A DNA stretch of 64,000 bases from Phycisphaerales bacterium (lineage in GTDB: Bacteria; Planctomycetota; Phycisphaerae; SM23-33; FEN-1343), in the NCBI GenBank assembly GCA_003171335.1, contig PMYD01000082.1:2518-66517 (forward strand). The letters are read 5' to 3'. Shown here in pieces: positions 8,981 to 19,061 of this stretch. Within the stretch, counting starts at the first letter, position 1, and the number at the start of each line of letters is the position of its first letter. A program made the position numbers and the translations under genes. Under the pieces are notes generated by a model. It made no database searches, was not told where the DNA came from, and worked only from the letters and a program-made list of their open reading frames with translations.

Positions 8981-10756
8981 CTACATTTCCGCGGTGGGAA
9001 GATAGACGCTGAAGGTGGCGCCGCGGCCGGCGGCGGATTCGACGTCGATCCACCCGCCGTGCTGGGCGACCACTTCATAGACGAAGGTCAGGCCCTTGCC
9101 CGCCGCACCGGACTTGGTCGTGTAGCCCGCCTGGAAGATCTTCTGCACCAGCGCCGGCTCGATGCCGCAGCCGGTGTCGCGGACGCTCAAGGCCACGTAC
9201 TTGCGGCTGGCATAGGCCCCGTTGGGCGGTTTTTCGTTGGGGTTCTGCGGCCGCGTGGCCACCCAGACGCGCTCGGGGAAGCCGCGCTCCGTGCGGCGGC
9301 GCGCGTGGATCGCATCGCGCGAGTTGGCGCACAACTGCAGCAGCAACTGGCGCAGCCGCTCCGACTGCCCCAGCACGGGCGGCAGGTTCTGCCCCAGCGC
9401 CACGTGCAGGCGGATCTCCGGTCCGACCGCCTCTTCCAGCTCCTTCACGCTACCGCGGATCAGTTCGTTCAGTTCCAGCGGCGTCGCGCCGGCCCTGGCC
9501 TCGGCGCGCGTCTCGGAGTTGAGCCTGGGTCCGGCCACGGAGACCACCGTGGGCCCCTGCGACGATGTGGCCGGCGGGTCAAACGCCTCGGCCGCCTCGG
9601 AGTCCCCTTCCGCCGGATCGAGTTCCTCGCCGACGGGCATAGCCATCGCGTGGGGCACGTGTTCCAGGCGGGCGCGCAGGTCTACTACCTGGCGGCGCAA
9701 GCCCTCGGCCTCGGTGTGCAGCCGGCGGGTCCGCCGTTCCACCGCCACCAAAAGCCCGCGCCGCCAGCCGTAAACGCCGACCACCAGCACCGCGGCCACG
9801 CCCGCGGCAAGGAGCACGGTAGTGAACCCGCTTTCCTGCCAGAAATATCGCAGGCCCAGCTTGTGGGCGAACCACTGCTTGCGCAGCGATTCCAGTTGCC
9901 CGCCCGGGCCGTCCATGGCGGCGATGGCGGTCTGGATCTTCTTGGCCAGCGCTTCGGCGGCCGCGGCGTTGCCGCTGGGCAGGCCGTTGGCATCCGCCGG
10001 CAACGCGATGGCCGGACCCCACTGCCTGATTTCGTAGATGGGCGCGCCGACGAACCGGCCCTCGGTCATGGAGCCCTGGCGGGCCCCGTAGCGGATGACG
10101 TTCTCGTCGGCGATAAACGCCGTGAAGTGCCGGTTGATGACGTACGTGCAGCCGTCGCGACTGCGCCGGACGCTCTCCAGCCCCAGCGCACGCTCGTTGC
10201 CAAGAAATGCCACGACCGGGTCATCGGCCAGTACCGCCACGCGCGTGCCCGCCAGGTTGCGCGGCGTGGCATGCGGGCCAAGCCAGTCGTTGTCCCGGCT
10301 GATGAAGATGCGGTAGATGCGCGGCACCGTGGGCCCGCACAGCTTCCACTGGCTGCGCGGATCGGGCTGGTCGGGCAGCAGCCCCATGCCGACCACGCCA
10401 TCGGCCCGGCCCTCGCGGGCGGCGGCCAGCGCCTGTGCGGCGGGCAGGAGTTCCACGTTCACCGGAATGCCCAGCTTCTCGCAGGCCGCCCGCAGCACGT
10501 CCACGTCAAAGCCGGCAGGTTTGCCCTCGCGGTTGAGGAAGCTGAAGGGCTCGTTGTCGCGGTTGCCGACAAACAGCAGCCCGCCCGCCGGCCGCGTCAG
10601 ACTCCCCGATGCGGCCGGCTCGGAGGCCGCCGCACTGGCGGCCGGCTGCCCGTAGGCCGCAGCGCCAGCGGCCAGGAAGAGGACGGCGACGGCGATCGGG
10701 AGTTTGACGTTCTGGCTCACGTGCAACAGTATCGCTTCTGACCCGTCAAGCATCAA
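8981..10756 (-). CDS. Membrane sensor: periplasmic SBP_bac_3 domain + TM + HATPase_c, with degenerate H-box region
   Basis: EPFSF..GFDVDVL (SBP3), TM helix, QLCANSRDAI / DTGCGI / YTTK / GKGL / HGGWIDVES..G.GATF; true start may be slightly downstream. Confidence 0.8.
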   Translation of the reverse strand: MMLDGSEAILLHVSQNVKLPIAVAVLFLAAGAAAYGQPAASAAASEPAASGSLTRPAGGLLFVGNRDNEPFSFLNREGKPAGFDVDVLRAACEKLGIPVNVELLPAAQALAAAREGRADGVVGMGLLPDQPDPRSQWKLCGPTVPRIYRIFISRDNDWLGPHATPRNLAGTRVAVLADDPVVAFLGNERALGLESVRRSRDGCTYVINRHFTAFIADENVIRYGARQGSMTEGRFVGAPIYEIRQWGPAIALPADANGLPSGNAAAAEALAKKIQTAIAAMDGPGGQLESLRKQWFAHKLGLRYFWQESGFTTVLLAAGVAAVLVVGVYGWRRGLLVAVERRTRRLHTEAEGLRRQVVDLRARLEHVPHAMAMPVGEELDPAEGDSEAAEAFDPPATSSQGPTVVSVAGPRLNSETRAEARAGATPLELNELIRGSVKELEEAVGPEIRLHVALGQNLPPVLGQSERLRQLLLQLCANSRDAIHARRRTERGFPERVWVATRPQNPNEKPPNGAYASRKYVALSVRDTGCGIEPALVQKIFQAGYTTKSGAAGKGLTFVYEVVAQHGGWIDVESAAGRGATFSVYLPTAEM

Positions 10757-10854
10757 GGCTGTAGCTCAAGAGTGGAAACCGGAACTGGGGAATGGGAGCA
10801 CATCCGGAATCAGGAAGACACAGGCTGAAAGCTTGTGCCACCTTGTCGGCTGCT

Positions 10855-11508
10855 TCACGCCTTCAGTTTGCCCGGCTCGCCCACCTGAGGCCCCAGCAGT
10901 TTGTTGGCGCCCAGCTCGGCGGTGGCGGCCAGCTTGAGGACTTCCTCGACAGACAGGTTGACGGGCTCGAGCGTCTGGACCGGCACGTACAGCATGAAGC
11001 CGCCCAGGTTGTAGCTCATGGGCAGCCAGATGGCGACCATGCCGGCCGCTTGATCTTCCCGCAGCGCCATGGGCCGATCATTGGTGACGATGGCCAGCAT
11101 GCGGAAATCCGAGCCGCTGGGGCGGTACAGGGCCACCCGCCCGCGCGACTGCTCGGCGCCGCCGAAGAATCGCAGCACGTCCCGGATGGACGTGTACACG
11201 GTTTTCACCAGCGGCACGCGTTCCAGCAGGTGTTCCAGGCGGGCCAGCAGGCGCGCGGTAAACCAGAAGCGCGCCGCCAGGCCGATCAGCAGGATGACCA
11301 CGACGAAGGCCACCACGATGATCACCAGCCCCAGGCCCGTCGTGAGCAGATCGGCGGCGCGGGGCCAAACCAGGCCCACCGCCCGCACCGCCAGGCCGTT
11401 GAGCCACGCCCCGGCCTGCACCACGATCCAGAGCGTCATGATCAGCGGAATGCCCACAGCCAGGCCGGCCAGGAACGTCTTGGACAGTTGCTTCATGGGC
11501 AGTTTCAT
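10855..11508 (-). CDS. DUF502 family membrane protein
   Basis: FLAGLAVGIPLIMT, ERVPLVKTVYTSIRD; ATGA overlap with the upstream STAS gene. Confidence 0.85.
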   Translation of the reverse strand: MKLPMKQLSKTFLAGLAVGIPLIMTLWIVVQAGAWLNGLAVRAVGLVWPRAADLLTTGLGLVIIVVAFVVVILLIGLAARFWFTARLLARLEHLLERVPLVKTVYTSIRDVLRFFGGAEQSRGRVALYRPSGSDFRMLAIVTNDRPMALREDQAAGMVAIWLPMSYNLGGFMLYVPVQTLEPVNLSVEEVLKLAATAELGANKLLGPQVGEPGKLKA

Positions 11509-11870
11509 GCCGTGTAGATATCCCAGGCCGCCAGGGCCTCTTTCTCGCCGTCGTAAAAGCGGAACAGCCGCTCCAGGTTCATGATCTTGAACACGCGCCT
11601 CAGTTCCGCGCGCAGGGCGCAGATGGCCAGCTCGGCGCCGATGGCGTCGGCCTTCTTCTTGAGCGTCAGCAGCACGCTGACGGCCTGGCTGGCCAGGAAC
11701 CGCACGTTCGCGAAATCCAGCACAATGCGCTTGGCCGCCTTCTGATCCACCAGCGCGTACAGCTCCTGCCCCACCTGCTCGATCACGCCCGAATCGAGCA
11801 TCGTCGAGGCACCGAAACTCACCACCGTCACACCCTGCATCGTCTGCACCATCAGGTGCGAATGGCTCAT
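11505..11870 (-). CDS. STAS domain anti-sigma-factor antagonist
   Basis: IVLDFANVRFLASQ, VFKIMNL; GAGGAG RBS. Confidence 0.9.
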   Translation of the reverse strand: MSHSHLMVQTMQGVTVVSFGASTMLDSGVIEQVGQELYALVDQKAAKRIVLDFANVRFLASQAVSVLLTLKKKADAIGAELAICALRAELRRVFKIMNLERLFRFYDGEKEALAAWDIYTA

Positions 11871-12521
11871 GGCACTCCTCCATCGTCGGCGCGGCCGGCT
11901 GCGCGGCCGCATTGTAAACAAATCGGCATCCGCGGGGCACAGGAATAGCCCGCAAAACGCCAACGGCCGTTTCCGCCTGCCGCGGCCGCGGTGCGGCTCG
12001 GGGGGGGGTGTCAGCTTCAGTGGCACTGGGCTAACGCCCGCCTGAGGCAAATGCCGATGAACCCCAGTAGCTTACTACTGGGCGCCCGCACCTCAAGTCG
12101 CCTTTTTTGTGTTGTGGCAAACGAGGTGCGAAGCACCGCGATGTCTGCCCCTTGTGCCCCAGCAGTTTGGGAGCGGTCGCCTGCCAGCGGCCCTGATGAC
12201 AATTTGGTGAGAACCGTAATATCGCGGATTATCTGGAATTTCTCTAGACGCGGCGATTCGAAACCATTGCAATAGTGGCGCTTGCGTGGACAAGCGGATT
12301 CTCAGCGACGTTGCCGTGCAGTTCAAGGGCCCGCGGGGGGAGCTGCCGTTCCTTGATTCGGCGATTTTTGACGGATTCAAGTTGTCGACCTGTCCCAGCC
12401 AACGTTGTAAAAGTTGTGTATGATGCGTCATCGTCGCTCCGTGTCGCGGGAATGATTACGAATGTCATGAGGGATGTGCCGGAAGGCCGTTGGGGCGTGG
12501 GGAGATTAAGGACGCAGACAA

Positions 12522-13082
12522 ATGGCCCGCAGTCTGTCGACGTTTAAGATAGCGCACCTACTGGATGTGAATCCAAGTTCCGTGGCCAACTGGGTCGACC
12601 AGGGCCTGTTGGCGGCGCACCGGACGCCCGGCGGCCACCGCCGCGTGGCGCTGGAAGACCTGGTGAGCTTCCTGAAAGAGCACCGCATGCCGGTGCCCAA
12701 GGACCTGGAAGTGCCGCCCACGCGGATCCTGGTCGTCGACGATGAGCCGGCCCTGTGCCAGATGATCGCCCGCACGCTCCGCTCCTCCAATTCCGAATAT
12801 GAGGTGATCGAGGCCCGCGACGGTTTTCGCGCCGGCCAGATCGTGGCCACGCTGCGGCCCGACGTGGTGATTCTCGATCTGCGCATGCCCGGCATGGACG
12901 GCTTTGAAGTGTGCCGGCAGATCAAGAGCCAGGATCAGACCAAGCGGTCCGTCGTCATCGCCATGACCGCCTTCCCCTCGCCGGAAAACGAGCAGCGCAT
13001 CCGCGACTGCGGCGCCGACGCGTTCTTCCCCAAGCCGCTGGATATGGACGCCCTGCTTGGCAAGATCAAAGAGGTGGTGTAG
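12522..13082 (+). CDS. Response regulator with N-terminal excisionase-type HTH
   Basis: NWVDQG..RTPGGHRR plus REC domain (VVDDE, LDLRMPGMDG, KP). Confidence 0.9.
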   Translation: MARSLSTFKIAHLLDVNPSSVANWVDQGLLAAHRTPGGHRRVALEDLVSFLKEHRMPVPKDLEVPPTRILVVDDEPALCQMIARTLRSSNSEYEVIEARDGFRAGQIVATLRPDVVILDLRMPGMDGFEVCRQIKSQDQTKRSVVIAMTAFPSPENEQRIRDCGADAFFPKPLDMDALLGKIKEVV

Positions 13083-13144
13083 CGGAGGAGGGCGTTTGCC
13101 CAGGAGATCAGGTCGCGCTGCTAAGCGTTCCTTGGGCAACCTTC

Positions 13145-14431
13145 CTACCGGGTCAGCCGCCCATCTTCCCAGCGCAGCGTGAGTGATGACTTGCCTTGCA
13201 GAAATTCGGCCACGAACCGCCCCACCAGTTGCTCGCGCCATCCCTGGAAAAGCGAAACGCCTTCCATCTTTTTCCCTTCCCGCGCGCTTTCCAGCACGCG
13301 GTGGATCTCATTCCGCGTGGCCACCAGCGCCGGATCGACGCCCTGGCTGTGGCACAGCCCCTGCACCAGCGCCCACAGGCTGTCAACCGCCACGCGCTGG
13401 GAAGGCGGCTCGGGCCGCCGTGGCGAGGCAGACTCCAGGGCCGGCGATTGCTGGCCCTGCCGCACCGCCTCCAGCAGCGCAGCGCCGTACGCCTGCTCCA
13501 CGGGGCGCGGCAGCCCGGTGAATGTCTTCAGTTGGGCGATGTCGGTCGGCTGGCGCTTGGCCAGGCCCACGAGCACCTCATCACGCAGCAGCGAACGAGC
13601 CGGCACATCCTGCTGCCGGGCCGCCTGGTCGCGCACCGACACCAGCTCGCGCAGCACCGCCAGCTTCCTGCCTGATAGCGCCGAGCCGCCCTTGACCCGC
13701 CCTACCTGGGCCTCCAGGTCGAAGGCGTAGCTCTCCAGCCGGCAGAGTTTCTCGCATTCGGCCGTGACCCACGCCCCATGGCCCCCCGCCTCCAGCCGCC
13801 GGCGGATTTCCTCCCACACGGCCGGCAGGTACCGCACATCGTCGGCGGCGTATTCCAGTTGCATGGCCTCCAGCGGCCGGCGGTCCCATTCCGTGAAGGT
13901 GGCCCCCTTATTCACGTTGGCCCCGGCCAGCTCGCGAACCAGCTCGCGCAGCGACAGCGGGTATGGCAGGCCGATAAACCCGGCGGCGATCTGCGTATCC
14001 ACCACATTTTGCGGCGGCTGGCCGAGCTGCCGCGCCACGGGCTCCAGGTCCTGCTGGCCCGCGTGGACGATCGTCTGCACCTGGGGCTCGGCAATGGCCC
14101 CCCACAGGCCGCTCAAATCCAGCCCCGCCAAGGGATCGACCACCATCACCCGCTGCGTCGTGGCCAACTGCACCACGCACAGCCGCGGGTAGTAGGTCCG
14201 TTCACCAATGAATTCGGTGTCGTACGCAAAGCGGCCCACCTGGCGAATATGCGCCACCGCCTCATCCAAAGCCTCCTGCGTCTCAACCAGTTGCGGCGAC
14301 TGCGCGGGGATCAACGGATGGCTGGGCACCGGCGATCGCGCCAAACCTTCATGCTCGAGCTGGGCCGCCGAATGCTGCTGGCGGCGCATCCGCCCGTGGT
14401 AGGCGTGCAGCCCGCGCGTGAAGCGGCTCAT
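13145..14431 (-). CDS. rnd: Ribonuclease D (DEDDy exonuclease + HRDC)
   Basis: DTEFIGERTYYPRLC, HAGQQD, DTQIAA, W..RPL...QLEYAADDV, GWR. Confidence 0.9.
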   Translation of the reverse strand: MSRFTRGLHAYHGRMRRQQHSAAQLEHEGLARSPVPSHPLIPAQSPQLVETQEALDEAVAHIRQVGRFAYDTEFIGERTYYPRLCVVQLATTQRVMVVDPLAGLDLSGLWGAIAEPQVQTIVHAGQQDLEPVARQLGQPPQNVVDTQIAAGFIGLPYPLSLRELVRELAGANVNKGATFTEWDRRPLEAMQLEYAADDVRYLPAVWEEIRRRLEAGGHGAWVTAECEKLCRLESYAFDLEAQVGRVKGGSALSGRKLAVLRELVSVRDQAARQQDVPARSLLRDEVLVGLAKRQPTDIAQLKTFTGLPRPVEQAYGAALLEAVRQGQQSPALESASPRRPEPPSQRVAVDSLWALVQGLCHSQGVDPALVATRNEIHRVLESAREGKKMEGVSLFQGWREQLVGRFVAEFLQGKSSLTLRWEDGRLTR

Positions 14432-14638
14432 GGCGGAGGCCGGCTGGTCCTCTTCCCGCTTTTGCTGGTCTGATGCTCGCTTTGAACACATCACCTGCTA
14501 TTATAAGCCCCTTACTCCGCAGGCCGCCAGTAAACAGAAAGGACTAACGCCAAAACAGAGAGTGCGGCCACGAGCGGTTCTGGCCACTAGTTGATCTTCT
14601 GTGCTCTGTTTTCTACTCTCTGTTCTCTTTCTTGTGCC

Positions 14639-15196
14639 ATGCCGCCCAAACCGAGCGATAAAACGACGCCGCCCAAGGCCAACCCGGCGCTGGCAGGCCT
14701 GTTGGCCTGGCTGGTCCCGGGCGCGGGCCACTTGTACCTCGACCGCCCCGTGCGGGCGGCGGTGCTGTTTATCGTGATTCAGGGCCTGTTCTGGTCCGGC
14801 GTGGCCGTCGGCGGCGTCTTTACGATCAATCCCCGCCAGGAAGTCTGGTGGACCCGCGCGCAGTTGCTCACCGGCCTGGGCGGCGTGGTGAGTTACCAGC
14901 GGCAAAAGACGAGATACAACGAATACTTCCGCGCCATCCTCCACGATGAGCCGCGGCTCACCCAGCCGCAGCGCGATGCCGCCGTGGATGAGCTCCTGGC
15001 CAGGGACCACCTGGCGCTGGTGCAGCCCACCAGCGGCGTGGCGTACGTGCTGTCGGGCGTGGCGGGCATGCTCAACCTCATGTGCATCTTCGACGCCGTG
15101 ATGCTGGCCCTGCTGGGCCAGATGGGTGAGCCGGCCGAGGCGGCCCAGGAGGGGCAGGCCAGCGCCACCCCGGCGGCCCCAAAGGGTGTGTCATGA
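14639..15196 (+). CDS. Membrane protein (DUF6677-like)
   Basis: LAWLVPGAGHLY...AGMLNLMCIFDA. Confidence 0.7.
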   Translation: MPPKPSDKTTPPKANPALAGLLAWLVPGAGHLYLDRPVRAAVLFIVIQGLFWSGVAVGGVFTINPRQEVWWTRAQLLTGLGGVVSYQRQKTRYNEYFRAILHDEPRLTQPQRDAAVDELLARDHLALVQPTSGVAYVLSGVAGMLNLMCIFDAVMLALLGQMGEPAEAAQEGQASATPAAPKGVS

Positions 15197-15414
15197 ACCT
15201 GCTGGCCACGCTGTTTATACATCCCCAGCACATCGCCGACAACGGCCTGTGGATCGTCGTGCCGCTCAGTATCGCCGTGGCCGCCGCGTACAAGGCCATC
15301 CGCACCGAATCCATCCGCCAACTGCCGCGCGAGATCTTCATGCTCACGCTCTACATCCTGGGCGGAGTCGTCGCCCTGATGATCGCGGGATGGGTGATTG
15401 TCTCGCTGAAGTAA
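15193..15414 (+). CDS. Small membrane protein
   Basis: ATGA-coupled; PLSIAVAAAYKAIR plus a second TM helix. Confidence 0.75.
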   Translation: MNLLATLFIHPQHIADNGLWIVVPLSIAVAAAYKAIRTESIRQLPREIFMLTLYILGGVVALMIAGWVIVSLK

Positions 15415-15432
15415 CTCGCAAGCGGCTGCGCC

Positions 15433-15592
15433 GAAATCCCAAATCCCAAATTCCAAATCCCAAACAAATTCCAAATTCCAAGCTCCAAACTCCTATTTGA
15501 TCAATTTCTTCGAAACGGATCGTGCTCTATTCTTCTTTGGAATTTGGTGCTTGGGATTTGTTTGGAATTTGGGATTTGGGATTTGGGATTTC
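15433..15592. repeat. AAATCCC/AAATTCC heptamer inverted repeat element
   Basis: (AAATYCC)n left arm and (GGRATTT)n right arm; copies at 26382-26664, 33576-33743, 60237-60291. Confidence 0.9.
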
Positions 15593-15679
15593 GTTGGCGA
15601 CGAGGCTTCCGGCTTTTCGGGAAAATTCTCGACCCCGAACCCCGCCTCTGCCCTGCCGTAGAATATCTTGGGTGTAAGT

Positions 15680-16336
15680 ATGGAAAAACAACCCATCTTG
15701 ATGGACATTCAGGTGCAGCGGGACATCTTCGTCCCCGGCGGGTCGCTCTATCGCCCCGAGCACCGCAAAGCGGCGGCCAACATTTACCGGCTGTTCGACT
15801 GGGCCAAGGCGGGGGGCGTACCCGTCATCAGCTCGGTGCTGCTGGTTCGCCTGGGCCGGCGCGGGCCGCTTTCGGACAAACCCCACTGCGTGGAAGGCAC
15901 GCCCGGCGAGCAGAAACTCGCCCGCACGCTGCTGCCGCGGCGGGTGAACCTGGGCTTCTCGCACAACGCCGACCTGCCACGCGATGTCTTCTCGCAGATG
16001 CAGCAGGTCATCTTCGAGAGCCGCGATGTGGACCTCTTCAACCACGCCCGCTTCGAGCGGCTGATCACCGAGTTGCCCGAGCCCTTCGAGTTCGTATTGT
16101 GCGGGGCCTCCATCCCCCTGGGCATCAAGCAGGCGGTGCTGGGCCTGCGCAACCGCCACCACGGCGTGGTCATCGCCGAGGATGCCGTCGTCGACCTGGG
16201 CCACCCGCTGGCCGAAATGAGCTGGCTGCAAATCCTGGCCAAGAGCTCGCGACCGCTGCCCACCGTGCAGATCATCCACGAGCTGCCGCTGCCGCGCAGG
16301 AAGGTGTCGTTCGTGCAGCACGCGACCAGTGAATGA
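15680..16336 (+). CDS. Isochorismatase/nicotinamidase-fold protein
   Basis: DIQVQRDIF.PGGSL, PHCVEGTPG, EDAV. Confidence 0.75.
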   Translation: MEKQPILMDIQVQRDIFVPGGSLYRPEHRKAAANIYRLFDWAKAGGVPVISSVLLVRLGRRGPLSDKPHCVEGTPGEQKLARTLLPRRVNLGFSHNADLPRDVFSQMQQVIFESRDVDLFNHARFERLITELPEPFEFVLCGASIPLGIKQAVLGLRNRHHGVVIAEDAVVDLGHPLAEMSWLQILAKSSRPLPTVQIIHELPLPRRKVSFVQHATSE

Positions 16337-16358
16337 GGGCCTTCTCGAAAACAAGGCT

Positions 16359-16520
16359 GAACACAAAGATCACGAAGACCACAAAGAGCACGAAGTAAAG
16401 ACGAGAGAGAGCAACGGCCGGATGTTTTCCTGCTTTTGCTCTCTCTTTTTCCTGGTCTTTCTTAGCTCTACTTTTCTTCTTCCTTCGTGTCCTTTGTGAT
16501 CTTTGTGGTCTTTGTGTTCG
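16359..16520. repeat. CACAAAG-family inverted repeat element
   Basis: GAACACAAAGATCACGAAGACCACAAAG...CTTTGTGGTCTTTGTGTTC. Confidence 0.85.
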
Positions 16521-16558
16521 CTGTTTTCTTCAGACCGACCACCCATTACGCTACCCGC

Positions 16559-18205
16559 ATGGCAAACCCCACATTAGCCATCCTCAACGGCCGTATCTGG
16601 TCCAACGGGCCGGCCACCGCCATCGCCCTCGCGGGCGATCGAATAGTCGCCGTCGGCAGCGATCGCGAGATCCGCTCGCTGTGCAGCGCCGAAACCCGCA
16701 TCCTCGACGCCGCCGGCGGCAGCGTTCTGCCCGGTTTCAACGATGCCCACGTGCACCTGGAATCTTCCGGCGGCAACCTGCTTGGGATCGACCTGCGCGA
16801 GGCCCGCGATGAGGCCGATTTCGCCCGCCGGCTGGGCCGCTACCTGGCCGACCAGCCCGCCGGCCGCTGGATCCGGCGGGGAATCTGGGACCACGAAAAC
16901 TGGCCTTCGCACCGCCTGCCCACACGGCAAGTGCTCGATCCGGTCAGTCCTCGCCACCCCGTCTTCCTCAGCCGGCTGGATGGCCACGTGGCCGTGGCCA
17001 ACAGCCTAGCCCTGGCAGCGGCGAAGATCGACCGCCATACCGCCGACCCGGCCGGCGGCCGCATCGGCCGCGAGTCCGACGGCACGCCCAACGGCCTGTT
17101 CTTCGACACCGCCTTGGCGCTGATCCGCCAGGCAATGCCGGCGGCGACGGAATCCGACCGGCTGGAGGCGATCGAAACCGGCCTGCGGCACGCCGCCGCA
17201 CACGGCCTGACCAGCCTCCAGGCGATGTGCGGCACCGGCGAATACGACCTGCTGCGCCGGCTGGAACAATCCGGCCGCCTGCCCATCCGCGTGAGGGCGA
17301 TCTTGCCGCCGGAGGTCCTGGATGGTGGCACAGGCTTTCAGCCTGTGGCCGGCCGGCAGGAAGAGAATCCACAGGCTGAAAGCCTGTGCCACCTCAAAAA
17401 AAGCCCACAGGCTGAAAGCCTGTGCCACCAGGGATTTCTTCGCACCGGGGCGATCAAGCTCTTCGCCGATGGCTCCTTCGGCGCCGCCACGGCGCTCCTC
17501 TTTGAGCCCTACGACGACCGCCCCGACTCTTCGGGCCTGGCCATTTACGAGCCGGGCCAGCTCGAGGAGTTGATTGGCCGCATCGACGCCGCCGGCCTCC
17601 AGGCGGCGGTGCACGCCATCGGCGACCGCGCCGTGGACAGGGTGCTGACCGCCTTCGAGCGTGTGCTCGCCGCCGGCGGCCGCCGGCAGGCCCGCCACCG
17701 CATCGAGCACGCGCAGATGGTTCGCCCGGCAGACCGCGCCCGCTTCGGAGCCGCCGGCCTGATCGCCTCGATCCAGCCCTCGCACTGCATTGACGACCTG
17801 CGCTGGATTTCCAACCGCCTCGGCGGCCGCTGCCGCATGGCCTACCCCTACCGGTCGCTAGCGGCCGCCGGCGCGCCCATCGCCTTGGGCACCGATTGGG
17901 ACGTCGAACCTCTAAACCCGATGCTCACGCTCTACGCCGCCATCACCCGCCAAACCACCGCCGGCGACCCGCCGGCCGGCTGGTTTGCCGATGAAACGGT
18001 GACACTCGCCCAAGCCATCCGCGACTACACCTTCGGCTCGGCCTACGCCGAATTCGCCGAGGCCGACAAGGGCACGCTCGAGCCCGGCAAGCTCGCCGAC
18101 CTGGTCATCCTCTCACGCGACATCGCCGCCTGTGCGCCCGCCGAATTGCTCGCCACCCGCCCGCGCGCGACCATCGCCGGCGGGCGCGTGGTGTTTGAGG
18201 CGTAG
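16559..18205 (+). CDS. YtcJ-like amidohydrolase (Amidohydro_3) with in-frame REP insertion
   Basis: PGFNDAHVH, KLFADGS, HAIGDRA, RIEHAQ, GTDW, GKLADLV. Confidence 0.9.
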   Translation: MANPTLAILNGRIWSNGPATAIALAGDRIVAVGSDREIRSLCSAETRILDAAGGSVLPGFNDAHVHLESSGGNLLGIDLREARDEADFARRLGRYLADQPAGRWIRRGIWDHENWPSHRLPTRQVLDPVSPRHPVFLSRLDGHVAVANSLALAAAKIDRHTADPAGGRIGRESDGTPNGLFFDTALALIRQAMPAATESDRLEAIETGLRHAAAHGLTSLQAMCGTGEYDLLRRLEQSGRLPIRVRAILPPEVLDGGTGFQPVAGRQEENPQAESLCHLKKSPQAESLCHQGFLRTGAIKLFADGSFGAATALLFEPYDDRPDSSGLAIYEPGQLEELIGRIDAAGLQAAVHAIGDRAVDRVLTAFERVLAAGGRRQARHRIEHAQMVRPADRARFGAAGLIASIQPSHCIDDLRWISNRLGGRCRMAYPYRSLAAAGAPIALGTDWDVEPLNPMLTLYAAITRQTTAGDPPAGWFADETVTLAQAIRDYTFGSAYAEFAEADKGTLEPGKLADLVILSRDIAACAPAELLATRPRATIAGGRVVFEA

Positions 18206-18222
18206 CATGGGCCGCGTCTTTT

Positions 18223-18524
18223 CGGAAGCCCGCAGGGCATAACGATATGCCGAGCTATTGACGTGCCGTGCTTCTTATGATCCGTCCCTGCATTTTCCGG
18301 GAGCCCGCAGGGCGACTGAAAGTAGCCCCTGGCGCTGGCCGACGCGCAGCGCCGGCCGAGCCTGGGGAAACGCGGGACGGATTGATCATCCCGTCTTTTT
18401 CGGGAGCCCGCAGGGCGACTGATAGTAGCCCCTGGCGCTGGCCGACGCGCAGCGCCGGCCGAGCCTGGGGAACGCTAGACGGATTCATCTTCCCCATCTC
18501 TTCCGGGAGCCCGCAGGGCGACTG
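18223..18524. repeat. REP array downstream of tnpA (GGGAGCCCGCAGGGCGACTGA.AGTAGCCCCTGGCGCTGGCCG..CGGCCGAGCCTGGGGAA)
   Basis: Two full ~72-bp copies (18299, 18402) and two partial copies; inverted copy at 19097-19172. Confidence 0.85.
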
Positions 18525-18530
18525 AGCCGC

Positions 18531-18983
18531 TCAACCCCACATCGTCTCGGGATCAAACGGAATGTGGTGCCGTTTCAGGAACGCAATGAATTCCTCTTCA
18601 TACGTCACCTTACGGTGATGCTCCGCCTGGCCGGCAATGTATGATTCCACATCCGGCCGAATGGAATCCGCCACCGTGAACGCGGCGTAACCCTGTTGCC
18701 ACTTGAAACGATCCTTGGGCTTGAGCGTTCGATTCACCCATCCGGTCGTGAGGCTCTTGAGCTTCCCCACCGCCGTCGGAACGCCTATCGGCGGCCTCAA
18801 CGAGATCAGCGCGTGCAGGTGGTTTTCCGTGCCGCCCAGGGCCAGGGCGCAGCCGAGTTCCTTCTTGGCAACGCCGCCGGCATATTCGTACAGGCGGTGC
18901 TGAAAATCCCGCGTAATGAGCGGCCGGCGGTCCTTCGTGCTGAAGATGACGTGATAGAGCAGGTGCGTGAATGTGTGGCTCAT
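18531..18983 (-). mobile_element. tnpA: IS200/IS605-family HUH (Y1) tyrosine transposase, REP-associated
   Basis: YHVIFSTKDR, NHLH (HUH), FKWQQGY, YIAGQAEHH; flanked by inverted REPs; no tnpB. Confidence 0.9.
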
Positions 18984-19061
18984 GGGGACTCCCGTAAACA
19001 GAGTTTGGAACCGGGAGGTTAGCGGGGCGGTCGCGAGGTGTCCACAGAATTGGGGGACTCA

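Noticed and set aside
12114-12150. c-di-GMP-I riboswitch (GGCAAAC..GAA hairpin)
   Set aside because: Lacks the downstream GCAAAG and second stem
15544-15680. Extended N-termini in ORF-track calls (also 16487, 22218, 33693, 60420)
   Set aside because: They translate intergenic repeat arms; downstream ATG starts fit the protein families better
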